The notes: generated by a model from the letters alone, not told the origin. A DNA stretch of 61,727 nucleotides from a virus (IMGVR_UViG_3300020061_000007:1-61727); one strand, 5' to 3'. Shown: positions 53,504-61,727, counted from the stretch's first letter. Numbers and translations: made by a program.

Positions 53504-53981
53504 GATTCTGATCGTGGACACTGGCCCATCTACAATTGCCCGGTTCATAGTTCCCGTTGTTGTTCGGATAGCGATCCAGCGTTAATCTCGGCGGACACTC
53601 GCCCATGTAGGAAAGAAAGGCGCTAAAGCTTTCTCGCCATTCTTTGCACATCGTAATCCCGCGGCCACCGTAATCTTTCCACTTTTTATCGTTTGGATTG
53701 GAGCACCGAGTCTTGGCATGAGCCCATGCCGTGTATTCTCTTGATGCTTGCCCGTCTTTGGCGTGACCGTGTTTATGAATGCTGAAGCGTCTACTTCGTC
53801 GGTGGCAACCACAACTCACCGTGTTTCCACATTTGAGGTTGTGCGCCATGACGGTCTTTTCAATTCCGCAATCACATCGGCACAGCCACCTAGTTCCAAA
53901 TCTTGTTGTTTTATCAACTTTGCTAAGTGCCGTAAGCATGTGAAATTTTTGACCGCTCAAGTTTTCTGGTTTTGGTCCCAT
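53454..53981 (-). CDS. HNH homing endonuclease
   Basis: WLCRCDCG, SCGC, YGGRGI, TLDR...NGNYEPGNCRWA. Confidence 0.88.
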   Translation of the reverse strand: MGPKPENLSGQKFHMLTALSKVDKTTRFGTRWLCRCDCGIEKTVMAHNLKCGNTVSCGCHRRSRRFSIHKHGHAKDGQASREYTAWAHAKTRCSNPNDKKWKDYGGRGITMCKEWRESFSAFLSYMGECPPRLTLDRYPNNNGNYEPGNCRWASVHDQNLNRRRLPRSAANSLQT

Positions 53982-53993
53982 CGGCGGTGATCC

Positions 53994-54191
53994 TCATTTC
54001 TGTTTCCCGCACTCCCATAGCTCAAATTCTTCCTTAGTCAGTCCGTCGCTCATAGGACGCCCGTTATTTATCAGCGGCGCCGGGACGCGCACGCAACCCA
54101 TACAGGCGCAAGGCCCCTCACACCACCGGCGATGTTCGGGCGGGTATAACTCTACGATCTTGGTTATTTCATCGAGAGTGCGCACTGTCAC
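53994..54191 (-). CDS. Small Cys-rich protein
   Basis: WCEGPCACMGC; RBS GAGG. Confidence 0.55.
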   Translation of the reverse strand: MTVRTLDEITKIVELYPPEHRRWCEGPCACMGCVRVPAPLINNGRPMSDGLTKEEFELWECGKQK

Positions 54192-54197
54192 CTCATA

Positions 54198-54482
54198 TCA
54201 CTTCCCCTGCCTGATCGTAATGTCCTGCTCAACTCTCTGCGCCGTCGGCTTGGATACCGCCTCCTTTTGCACGGCCGTCAGGTTCTCGGCGCGGACAAAC
54301 CCCAAAGCTTCATATTGGCCGGCGCAGTCCGACGCCTGCCGGCCGTCGATCACGGGATGACCGGTCCTTCCCCGGCAGGTGATCCGCTCACCGGTTTTAG
54401 GGTCAACTAAAAGCAGCGTGGTGCTTCCTAGACAGCCGGAGATCAACCCGGCGAAACTGATGACTGCAAATATTTTCTTCGT
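54198..54482 (-). CDS. Lipoprotein whose signal peptide starts at an ACG codon (alternative TTG start at 54446)
   Basis: AGGAGA + 5 nt + ACG AAG AAA ATA... = (M)KKIFAVISFAGLISGC lipobox. Confidence 0.6.
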   Translation of the reverse strand, partial: TKKIFAVISFAGLISGCLGSTTLLLVDPKTGERITCRGRTGHPVIDGRQASDCAGQYEALGFVRAENLTAVQKEAVSKPTAQRVEQDITIRQGK

Positions 54483-54958
54483 AAAACTTCTCCTATCAAC
54501 CCCAACAGCAAAAGCGCCAATAAAAAATTAAAGATGCCGGCACCTTGGTGAAACCACCCGTCTATCGCGACCGGCCCGACGTGGTACGCCATCACCGCCG
54601 TGATGACGATTCGAACGACATTGGCGAACACCGCGATCGGCACCGCGCTGGCGATGATCGCCAATCTTAGGACGGGTGACAGCGGCAGCATGTAGGCGTA
54701 GATCAAACTCAAAACTAAAAGCGCGCGAATCGACTCCGTGCCGGCGCATGAGTCGGCAACCTCCAAAGCCATATTCGGCAGATAGATAAAGGTGCCATCG
54801 AGAACGGCCGGCACGCCGAACCAACCGACGATCTTGACGGTCTGCGCCGCGTCAAAGGCTTTGAGCCACTCGATAGCCGGCGCCTGGACGAGATTCCAGG
54901 GAATCGGAATCATCCAGACGATACAGCACACCAGCAAGGTTGTGACTCTGCCGCTCAT
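54443..54958 (-). CDS. Exosortase/archaeosortase-family protein (short form)
   Basis: MIPIP, EVADSCAG (catalytic Cys), ANVVRI (Arg), WFH (His); multi-TM. Confidence 0.9.
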   Translation of the reverse strand: MSGRVTTLLVCCIVWMIPIPWNLVQAPAIEWLKAFDAAQTVKIVGWFGVPAVLDGTFIYLPNMALEVADSCAGTESIRALLVLSLIYAYMLPLSPVLRLAIIASAVPIAVFANVVRIVITAVMAYHVGPVAIDGWFHQGAGIFNFLLALLLLGLIGEVLRRKYLQSSVSPG

Positions 54959-55617
54959 CGAAGCTTTTTTCTGAACCGCACCACCAAAGCCAGCAGACCG
55001 ACCCCGAAGAGAATCAGAGTAGAGGGCTCGGGCACCTGGCGGATAGTGTAGGTGCCGAACTCAAAACTACGAAAGCCGTTGTCGGCGGAACGGTGAACAA
55101 ATTCGTTTGGGCCGATACTGGTTTTTAACTCAGCCGGAAGGGGCGGTAAATATGGATCGTCCCAAATGTTATTCGTGCTGGCCCTGGTGAACCAACCGTC
55201 AAACGAGAGCTCTTCGAGGATGGGGTGGAAGATACCGCCAAAGACTAATCCGACGATGTGCGGGGTATTACCGAGAAACAGGCCCGCGGCGTCCAGAAGG
55301 TCGAAACAATTCCCCGCGCCGCATAGCGAATGAAAGCCGTTACCGGACTCAACTTGGCTTATGTTACTCAAGGAAGTGGCGGCGCCGAAATCCGAGTCCA
55401 AGAAAAATCGCCCGGTGGTGGTTTGCGACGTTGGACCAAATACCGTGGTGCCGGGGAAATACGGACTCCCGGGCAGATGTACTTGTGTAAAAGTTGTCGT
55501 GTACCTGAACGTCTCGTGGAGCTGAATTTCCCACAAAGTCGGCATCGCCTGCGCACTGTAAGGAATCGCTACAAGTAAACTCAGCACAAAAATTAAAACT
55601 GTCAGCATTCTTTTCAT
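54955..55617 (-). CDS. PEP-CTERM sorting-domain protein
   Basis: Signal peptide; C-terminus VPEPSTLILFGVGLLALVVRFRKKLR; RBS AGGAGG. Confidence 0.93.
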   Translation of the reverse strand: MKRMLTVLIFVLSLLVAIPYSAQAMPTLWEIQLHETFRYTTTFTQVHLPGSPYFPGTTVFGPTSQTTTGRFFLDSDFGAATSLSNISQVESGNGFHSLCGAGNCFDLLDAAGLFLGNTPHIVGLVFGGIFHPILEELSFDGWFTRASTNNIWDDPYLPPLPAELKTSIGPNEFVHRSADNGFRSFEFGTYTIRQVPEPSTLILFGVGLLALVVRFRKKLR

Positions 55618-55678
55618 TCTCGGCCTCCTAATTGGTTGTTGTGTGCAGTGCTTGGCAAAAGAGGGGCCGAACCCATGA

Positions 55679-55904
55679 TTGCAATTTCAGTTGCAATTGG
55701 GTGTCATTCAATGCGTTTCTGTGTCCATCCATGTCCATCAGTTTCATAGGTAAAATCGACTTTTGAGATTGCCCAGAAAAGGCGAAACCGGTTTTGAAGA
55801 CCAGCGGCACCACCGGGCACCTTCCTTCTCCGTGTAATAAAATCAGACACTTAAACGCTAGTACGAAGGCGGCGCGCTTTCTTCAGTTGCAATGCGCTTG
55901 CAAT
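55679..55904. other. Putative attP: tRNA-derived core flanked by arm-type repeats
   Basis: TTGCAAT pairs at 55679/55691 and 55887/55898 (TTCAGTTGCAAT shared); TGTCCATC x2 near 55722-55739; adjacent to the integrase 3' end. Confidence 0.75.
55787..55831 (-). pseudogene. selC: 5' half of tRNA-Sec (anticodon TCA), attP identity block
   Basis: GGAGAAGG-AA-GGTGCC(CGGT)GGTGCC-GCTGGT(CTTCAAA)ACCGGT: 8-nt acceptor strand, 6-bp D-stem with 4-nt loop, UCA anticodon; no T-arm or 3' acceptor strand. Confidence 0.85.
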
Positions 55905-56924
55905 ACGCCGTTTCGGAGGCCGGATAAACGCCCTGAGATCCTCGATTGTGGGCCGGGTGTAGCGCGAGAATGCTTTTGCCGTCTTGTGGCCGAGGAACTC
56001 CATGATTATTTTGTCGGGCCATCCAAGGCGCTGTTTCTCGGTTGCGAATGTGGCCTTCAAATCGTAGAGCCATAAATCGTTGATGCCGAGGGCTTTAGCC
56101 GTTCGCATGAATGCGGTGCGAATTCGATGCCGGCTGAACGGAAACAACAGCGCGTGCGGATCTAACCCGTTGGACCGGCGCGATAGGATCGCCCAGGCGC
56201 GAGCGGAGAGCGGCAGCGGGCGCTTGTGGCCGAACTTGCTGCGGATGCGCTTCATGTTGATGGCCTCATTTGCAAAGTCGATATCGGCCGGCGTGATGGC
56301 GTGAATGTCTTTCGGTCGAAATCCCATCTCTCTGATGATCTCGGCAAAGTCCCGATCATCCGGCTTGAGCGCGCGCAAGATTTTGCGGTATTCGATATCG
56401 CTCGCGGTGCGGACCCTCTCGTTGTGCTCTTCTTCAAAAGGGATCGCAGGGATCGCGCCGATCGCGTTATCGGCTTTCGCCAGGTTGAAAATTGACCGGA
56501 GCAAAGCGAGCTCGCGGTTGACCGTGGCGACCGACGCTTTTCGCTGGGCGCGGTATTCGAGCATGCGGCTGTTCATGATGTCTGTTAATGCGCAGTCACC
56601 GAAGAACGCCTTTAATCGCTTGGCGCTGTGAGCATGGCGCTCGGCGATCGGCTTGCCTGCTTTGATTGCCAGCAGTTTGTCGATCCAGGTAAAGAGCGCG
56701 AGCGGCGGCGCCACGGTTACGGCGTCGAAGTCGTGCTTTCGTCGGTTTTGCCCCATGAGCTCATGGTAGCGATCGAGCGCCTCAGCATAATCGTCGCCCA
56801 GCGGAAAGAACCGCCGCTTGTGCGTCCAGTCGGTGAACTGCGCATGATAGAGCGTCCTCTTATACCCGCCGCGGGTTTTATACTGGCGCTGATATAAATT
56901 CGGCGGCAATTTCCGATTAGACAT
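55851..56924 (-). CDS. int: Tyrosine integrase
   Basis: ATVNRELALL; catalytic MGFR, YDLK (variant of HxLR), LGH, RY. Confidence 0.92.
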   Translation of the reverse strand: MSNRKLPPNLYQRQYKTRGGYKRTLYHAQFTDWTHKRRFFPLGDDYAEALDRYHELMGQNRRKHDFDAVTVAPPLALFTWIDKLLAIKAGKPIAERHAHSAKRLKAFFGDCALTDIMNSRMLEYRAQRKASVATVNRELALLRSIFNLAKADNAIGAIPAIPFEEEHNERVRTASDIEYRKILRALKPDDRDFAEIIREMGFRPKDIHAITPADIDFANEAINMKRIRSKFGHKRPLPLSARAWAILSRRSNGLDPHALLFPFSRHRIRTAFMRTAKALGINDLWLYDLKATFATEKQRLGWPDKIIMEFLGHKTAKAFSRYTRPTIEDLRAFIRPPKRRIASALQLKKARRLRTSV

Positions 56925-57012
56925 TTAACTCCGACAGCACCAGGACGAGGAAGCCCGCCCACGCCAGCGCCAGAATCAACAGAATGGTTTCTTTGACCGC
57001 GTGCCAGCTCAT
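56917..57012 (-). CDS. Small membrane peptide (31 aa)
   Basis: MSWHAVKETILLILALAWAGFLVLVLSELNV; overlaps both neighbours. Confidence 0.45.
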   Translation of the reverse strand: MSWHAVKETILLILALAWAGFLVLVLSELNV

Positions 57013-57398
57013 GTCTTCCACGGCGCCTTGATGTAATCGCGGTGGCACGGGCCGCTCCTGCGCCAGGTGCGCCGCTCGGTGGGGGACCACTGCGGCCCTT
57101 GGATTAAGCCCTGGAGCTCGGAAAATGCTGGCTCGTGGCGGTGATCGTCGTCGACATCACCAATCGTCGGCATGAGCATGAACAGGGCGACCGCCGCCGT
57201 CGAGGCGAAGGCCGATATTTTGAACGTCGGCGAGTGGCGCTTTTTGAGGATCGGCTCGGGGAGCTCATCCTCGTCGGGTGTTATCAGGTGGATATTTTGC
57301 CGTCGGCTAGCGCCCTCCAGCAGCCTTTTTACGGTTTTCTTTTGGTCGAGGCTGAGTCTTTTTAGAAGGATCTTTAAAGTCGTCAGGTCGTGTAACAT
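57009..57398 (-). CDS. Hypothetical membrane protein (start uncertain)
   Basis: Between repressor and integrase; one hydrophobic segment. Confidence 0.45.
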   Translation of the reverse strand: MLHDLTTLKILLKRLSLDQKKTVKRLLEGASRRQNIHLITPDEDELPEPILKKRHSPTFKISAFASTAAVALFMLMPTIGDVDDDHRHEPAFSELQGLIQGPQWSPTERRTWRRSGPCHRDYIKAPWKT

Positions 57399-57735
57399 CG
57401 GGAAATAGCTCCAAGAACAGATTGATATAGTGCTCCTGCACATCATCGGGCAAGGCGTCGAAAAGTTTTTGGATGTTGCGCGAGAGCTCATCGCTAATTT
57501 CGTCCAACCGCACATGCCCGCGGCCGAACAGAAGCCAGGTGGGGGACACGTTCAAAGCGTGGCAAAGCTTCACTGTGCTTTCGACCGATAAGCCCTGCCT
57601 TCCGTCCTCCATCGCACGCCATTTGAGTCCCAAAAGATCGTGATTGGCTAAAAATTTTTCAACTTGTTGTCCTCCTCTAAGTTCCTTAAATCTGGGAGCA
57701 ATTTCCGCCCAGATTGCTTTATCGAAGTGCGCCAT
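57307..57735 (-). CDS. Phage repressor (XRE HTH)
   Basis: LSVESTVKLCHALNVSPTWLLFG; divergent from the cro-like gene. Confidence 0.8.
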   Translation of the reverse strand: MAHFDKAIWAEIAPRFKELRGGQQVEKFLANHDLLGLKWRAMEDGRQGLSVESTVKLCHALNVSPTWLLFGRGHVRLDEISDELSRNIQKLFDALPDDVQEHYINLFLELFPDVTRPDDFKDPSKKTQPRPKENRKKAAGGR

Positions 57736-57758
57736 TCAGAACCCCTTCTTTTTTTCTC

Positions 57759-57800
57759 TTGACTTCGTACTACGTAGTAAGTATGTTGCGTACATAGTAA
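57759..57800 (+). promoter_or_regulatory. Rightward early promoter with operators
   Basis: TTGACT-17bp-TATGTT; palindrome TACTACGTAGTA (57768-57779) in the spacer; related TACATAGTAA at 57791-57800. Confidence 0.75.
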
Positions 57801-57835
57801 ACAGCTAACTACCTAACTACCGAGGAGACTAGAGC

Positions 57836-58042
57836 ATGACCGGGAGAGAAATCAAGCGAAAACTGACGGAAAAAAACATCAGGCAAGTGGACCTCGCCAA
57901 GAAGTGGCGGCTGAAACGGGCTGTGGTTTCCCAGTTTATCAACGGCGATTTCACGAGCCGACGACTCGACCAGCGCCTCGCCAAAGAGTTGGGCCTCACG
58001 GTTAAACAACTGCGCGGCGAGCAGGAGGTTTCCAATGGATAA
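57836..58042 (+). CDS. Cro/Ner-like HTH protein
   Basis: RQVDLAKKWRLKRAVVSQFING; RBS GAGGAG. Confidence 0.82.
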   Translation: MTGREIKRKLTEKNIRQVDLAKKWRLKRAVVSQFINGDFTSRRLDQRLAKELGLTVKQLRGEQEVSNG

Positions 58043-58250
58043 TCTCCCTGACGCCATGACGATCAACGAGGCGGCCGCGTTCTTAAAGATCCACCCGCGC
58101 ACGGTGGCCCGGCTGGTGCGGGATCGCCAGTTGCGGTTTTCCAAGATCGGCGGCTCATTGCGGTTCTCGCGGCGGTATCTCACAGAAATTTTGGATTCCG
58201 GCATCGATACAAACCACAAGCCTCGCGCTGTGAGAAAGTTTGTCGGCTAA
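58035..58250 (+). CDS. Excisionase-like HTH protein
   Basis: MTINEAAAFLKIHPRTV...KIGGSLRF. Confidence 0.82.
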   Translation: MDNLPDAMTINEAAAFLKIHPRTVARLVRDRQLRFSKIGGSLRFSRRYLTEILDSGIDTNHKPRAVRKFVG

Positions 58251-58261
58251 AGGAGGGAGCC

Positions 58262-58462
58262 ATGCCGCTACCGAAGTACATGCAATACACAGCCGCCCTA
58301 AGACCCCTTTCTGCATACGTTGCGCTACTCCGTGAAGCCATCGCTCATAACGACGACAACGCGATCCACGATCTGCTTACTTACTACTCCGTCTGTGACC
58401 ACGCAGCCTATCGGATTCAACATGCCAACGAGATCAACACCTGGAGGAATCATCATGGCTAG
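58262..58462 (+). CDS. Hypothetical protein
   Basis: RBS AAGGAGG. Confidence 0.6.
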   Translation: MPLPKYMQYTAALRPLSAYVALLREAIAHNDDNAIHDLLTYYSVCDHAAYRIQHANEINTWRNHHG

Positions 58463-58844
58463 AGTAACCGTGCCAATAGATAAGAGTAAGTGCCTGGACC
58501 AAACTATTTCGTCACGCACCCCTACTACAATCGGACACGCCCCCCGTGTCGAATACGACGGCTTTTGGGATGTCACGATGAAGGCAACGGGGTTTACCAA
58601 TAAGGAAGCTGCCTACGATCTGCACGTCTCGGAAAGCCTCTATAAAATGTGGCGCAGCGGGGAGCGATTCGACCCGTTCTTTAGATCGCGGCTCGCCGTT
58701 GAAATGCTTCGGTGTCGCGGGCGCGCGGACTTAATTCCGTCCGTGTTGATCTATATCGCCGGCGGGTACGACGGCCTGGTACTTACTCGCGAACAATTCG
58801 AGGCGCTCAAAATTCTGCTCGGGGCGGTGAAGGTGAACCCATGA
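58455..58844 (+). CDS. HTH regulator (CII-like position)
   Basis: RBS GGAGG; TNKEAAYDLHVSESLYKMW. Confidence 0.65.
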   Translation: MARVTVPIDKSKCLDQTISSRTPTTIGHAPRVEYDGFWDVTMKATGFTNKEAAYDLHVSESLYKMWRSGERFDPFFRSRLAVEMLRCRGRADLIPSVLIYIAGGYDGLVLTREQFEALKILLGAVKVNP

Positions 58845-59005
58845 GTCGCAAAGCAACGATCCTATTTTTCTGGTGGTTCATGGTCGCATCCGGCGACGGC
58901 GTGAAGGCGGTGGGTCCGTTCAAGGAGCAGATCGATTGCGACTACGCTCGGCTGTCCACGCTCAAAGGTACGGCGACTTCTACTTGCTGGAACGACGGAA
59001 AGTAA
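58841..59005 (+). CDS. Small hypothetical protein
   Basis: ATGA coupling; GPF....C motif. Confidence 0.5.
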   Translation: MSRKATILFFWWFMVASGDGVKAVGPFKEQIDCDYARLSTLKGTATSTCWNDGK

Positions 59006-59006
59006 C

Positions 59007-59207
59007 ATGACTCCCCCCTGCAAGTTTCATGAATACTTGAACGGCTCGCTGAAGTGCTTTTTTTGCGGATCGCTGAAGCCGATGTTGCCGGGGTGTTGGC
59101 CCGAAAATACCTGGCTTCGTAACAGGATGCGCTACTTACGAGAACAGGAACTCAAGACGGTAATGGCGCAGGTACAGGAAGCGAAAGCGAGGAATGCAAT
59201 CCAATGA
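59007..59207 (+). CDS. Hypothetical protein
   Basis: Operon position; CFFC. Confidence 0.55.
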   Translation: MTPPCKFHEYLNGSLKCFFCGSLKPMLPGCWPENTWLRNRMRYLREQELKTVMAQVQEAKARNAIQ

Positions 59208-59528
59208 CCACCGACGAAGACGGCATTACAAAATATTACGACGACAAGCGCCGAGAGGCCAAGGCGTTGATGGTCGAGCTGGAGCTGCACAAGCAGACCT
59301 GCCACGCGGAATACTGGAACTGCCGGACGTGCAGGATACTAGGGAAGCGCTTAGAGATGGCGAGGTACGTAGGCGATTGACCATGAAAGTACTCCGCGAC
59401 TACCGCCCGACGCCGGACCAATGGCAATGGATCGAGATCTTCGCCGCGGCCGTGGGCTTCCTCCTGTACATGCTCGTACAGAATCTGCGGGGGGATTTTT
59501 ACCTGCGCTGGCTGGAGCTGCTGAAGTA

Positions 59529-59951
59529 ATGAAAAAAACTCATTGCCAGCGCGGCCATAAGTTTAGTGGCGATAATATTTCCTTGATCCACAAAAAAAAT
59601 GGGGAAGTTATTCGTGCGTGTCGGACTTGCGCAAGGGCCAGAGGCCGCAAGTATTATAAAGCCCATTCCAAAAGACTGATGTTGAATCAGAAGTCTCGGA
59701 TGCTTCTAAATTTGAAACAGCGCCGCGCGATACGTCGCCGTTATAGGGCGCGTTACCCAGAAAAGGCCTATGCCTACGGCGCTGTGTCGAACGCCGTTAA
59801 GAGGGGGAAGCTTATTCGCAAACCGTGCGAAGTATGCGGCGATCCGAAGGTCCACGGCCATCACCACAAAGGGTACGACAAGCCTCTTGATGTGAAATGG
59901 CTCTGTGTAAAACACCACCAAGCTATTCATAAAGAGGGGCACCCTCGATGA
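59529..59951 (+). CDS. HNH endonuclease-like protein
   Basis: KTHCQRGH, CRTC, KPCEVCG..HGHHHKGYDKPLDVKWLC. Confidence 0.82.
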   Translation: MKKTHCQRGHKFSGDNISLIHKKNGEVIRACRTCARARGRKYYKAHSKRLMLNQKSRMLLNLKQRRAIRRRYRARYPEKAYAYGAVSNAVKRGKLIRKPCEVCGDPKVHGHHHKGYDKPLDVKWLCVKHHQAIHKEGHPR

Positions 59952-60137
59952 GCGCTAAATCAACTGAAATTACCGATGAGCAATTGGCGAAGGCAGAGCA
60001 GGAACTCAAGATAGAACGAAAGATTCTGGTGATACTGCGCAAGGTGGCCGACCCGGTAAAGCGCGCGAGAATCATGCGTGCAGTGGCGGCGTTTTATGGT
60101 CTCGATGAACACTAGACTCAGCAACCAAGAGGAACCC

Positions 60138-60521
60138 ATGAATCAAACAATCATCGATCAACTCCGCGCCCTAGCAAACTTTTTGGAAGCTAACCCCGAT
60201 TTACCTACGCCGAGCTTGCCGGATTTAATAGTCGCGTCCAAAGAACACATGATCGAAGCAGTCCGACTAACCGGCGCGAAAAAACGTTACGACGAAACCT
60301 ATTTCTATGTGGATGTCCCGGTTGGCGATTTCACGCTGCAGTTTTTCTGTAGCCGCGAAACCGTCTGTACTCCCACAAAAACCGTTGAGGAAGTAATCCC
60401 TGCCCAACCCGAGTTCATCAGGCGCAAGGTGGTCGAATGGGAGTGTCATCCGTTGCTCAAGCCGGAAGATTTCGTTGAAACCATCGTCCCCGTGTTCGGC
60501 GAGGAGGGCGCCCATGGGTAG
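60138..60521 (+). CDS. Hypothetical protein
   Basis: RBS GAGGA before ATG 60138. Confidence 0.65.
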   Translation: MNQTIIDQLRALANFLEANPDLPTPSLPDLIVASKEHMIEAVRLTGAKKRYDETYFYVDVPVGDFTLQFFCSRETVCTPTKTVEEVIPAQPEFIRRKVVEWECHPLLKPEDFVETIVPVFGEEGAHG

Positions 60522-60690
60522 GTGGTACGAGGACAAAGAAGAACGCTTCGAGCGGATCACCTCGGACAACGAGGAGGCGGCGAGGGATGAGTATTACGAG
60601 AAGCTTGAGGCCGAGCACGAGCGCGGCGAGCATGACGATAGGCGGGTAAAGGATTGCGATCTTTGCGAGGTCCAGGTCGATGACGCCTGA
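60514..60690 (+). CDS. Small acidic protein
   Basis: RBS GAGGAGG; CDLC. Confidence 0.55.
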   Translation: MGRWYEDKEERFERITSDNEEAARDEYYEKLEAEHERGEHDDRRVKDCDLCEVQVDDA

Positions 60691-61021
60691 ATTCAAAACC
60701 CATACAGTCGCGCCCGACGCCGCATGTCCGCATTGCCACCACACGCTCGATGCAGCCACGGGTGTCGAATCGGAATCGGCGCCATCCGAGGGCGATATCT
60801 CCATCTGTTGGTACTGCGGGAACTGGCTGGTCTTTGACCGGGTGTTGAAACCGCTCGCCAGGACTCAAGACGGCGTGGTTTTCGATCCTCAGTTAACAGT
60901 CCGTCCGATCACCGAGGAAGAGATCGCCGCCTTGCCGCAAGAGACGTTTCTTATGCTGTCGCGCGTCAGTCGCTCGTTTGCGCAGTTCAAAAAGGAAACC
61001 AAAGAAACCGGGGAAGCCTGA
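60680..61021 (+). CDS. Zinc-ribbon protein
   Basis: CPHC...GDISICWYCG. Confidence 0.7.
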   Translation: MTPEFKTHTVAPDAACPHCHHTLDAATGVESESAPSEGDISICWYCGNWLVFDRVLKPLARTQDGVVFDPQLTVRPITEEEIAALPQETFLMLSRVSRSFAQFKKETKETGEA

Positions 61022-61063
61022 GTCAAACCAACCAGCCAAGCCAACAAGGATAGGAGCGTAAAT

Positions 61064-61727
61064 ATGTCTCTCTTGAAACCAGCCGAAAACCAATCGGCAT
61101 ATTTGAAAGCTGGCGTACTAGGTTTCGCCGGCAGTGGAAAAACTTTTACCGCGAGCTTACTCGCGCAGGGACTTGCTGTGATTGAAGAAAAGGCCGGAAG
61201 ACCCAAACGGCCGGTTGCGTTCTTCGATACGGAAACTGGCAGCGATTACGTGATCGGATCATTCAGGGAGGCGGGACTTGAGATGGTAGTCGCCAAGACT
61301 CGCGCCTTTGCAGACCTAATAACGGTCGTTAATGAAGCGGAGAAGGACTGCTCTGTATTGATCATCGATTCGATCTCGCACGTATGGGCCGAACTGGTGG
61401 AATCCTACATGCGGAAGAAGAACAAGGACCGGTTGGCAGTGTGGGATTGGAACCCGATCAAGACGGAGTGGCGCCAGTTTACCGACGCTTACCTGTGCTC
61501 GAAAATTCATATCATTCTTTGCGGCCGGGCTGCGAACACCTACGACGAGTGGATGAACGAGCGCGGCGAGAAAGAAATCATCAAGACGGGCAGCAAGATG
61601 AGAGTTGAATCTGATTTCGGGTATGAGCCGTCGCTGCTTTTCGAGATGGAGCGAGTACAGCCGGAAAAAGATCCTAAGAAAAAACGCGGTTCGTTGTGGA
61701 TGCACCGGGCAACGATACAGAAAGACC
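61064..61727 (+). CDS. AAA-family ATPase (Sak4/AAA_24-like recombination protein), N-terminal part; continues across the junction to 689 (~405 aa total)
   Basis: RBS AGGAG, ATG at 61064, Walker A GFAGSGKT, Walker B-like LIIDSISH; in frame with ORF 6..689 through the terminal repeat. Confidence 0.85.
   Translation, partial: MSLLKPAENQSAYLKAGVLGFAGSGKTFTASLLAQGLAVIEEKAGRPKRPVAFFDTETGSDYVIGSFREAGLEMVVAKTRAFADLITVVNEAEKDCSVLIIDSISHVWAELVESYMRKKNKDRLAVWDWNPIKTEWRQFTDAYLCSKIHIILCGRAANTYDEWMNERGEKEIIKTGSKMRVESDFGYEPSLLFEMERVQPEKDPKKKRGSLWMHRATIQKD
61593..61727. repeat. Terminal direct repeat, right copy
   Basis: Matches 1-135. Confidence 0.97.

Noticed and set aside
55730-55831. Complete phage tRNA-Sec gene
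   Set aside because: No GGTTCGA T-arm and no complementary 3' acceptor strand (CCTTCTCC) downstream.

Overview
The window appears to be a complete, circularly assembled temperate phage genome of about 61.6 kb. Positions 1-135 repeat at 61593-61727 with one mismatch, and an AAA ATPase gene reads through the junction. The virion module is podovirus-like: TerS/TerL, P22-like portal, scaffold, N4-gp56-type capsid, tail adaptor/nozzle, beta-helix tailspike, ejection proteins and a 2210-aa polyvalent protein. The early region is lambdoid: repressor/cro switch, replication initiator with internal iterons, and a tyrosine integrase. The host is probably a diderm bacterium, judging from the PEP-CTERM/exosortase pair and lipoproteins. 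The most unusual features are: (i) a ~13 kb block of five tail-fibre/adhesin-like proteins that all carry N-terminal Sec-type signal peptides, several of them Cys-rich; (ii) a PEP-CTERM + minimal exosortase + lipoprotein operon beside a putative attP that carries the 5' half of a tRNA-Sec, so that integration would put this cassette behind the host selC promoter and restore selC behind the phage integrase; (iii) a LAGLIDADG domain inserted in frame in a DNA methyltransferase without intein motifs; (iv) heptamer microsatellites inside genes; (v) repeat-bounded gene and domain cassettes. No endolysin was recognised. All functional calls come from motifs and synteny read by eye; no database searches were run.
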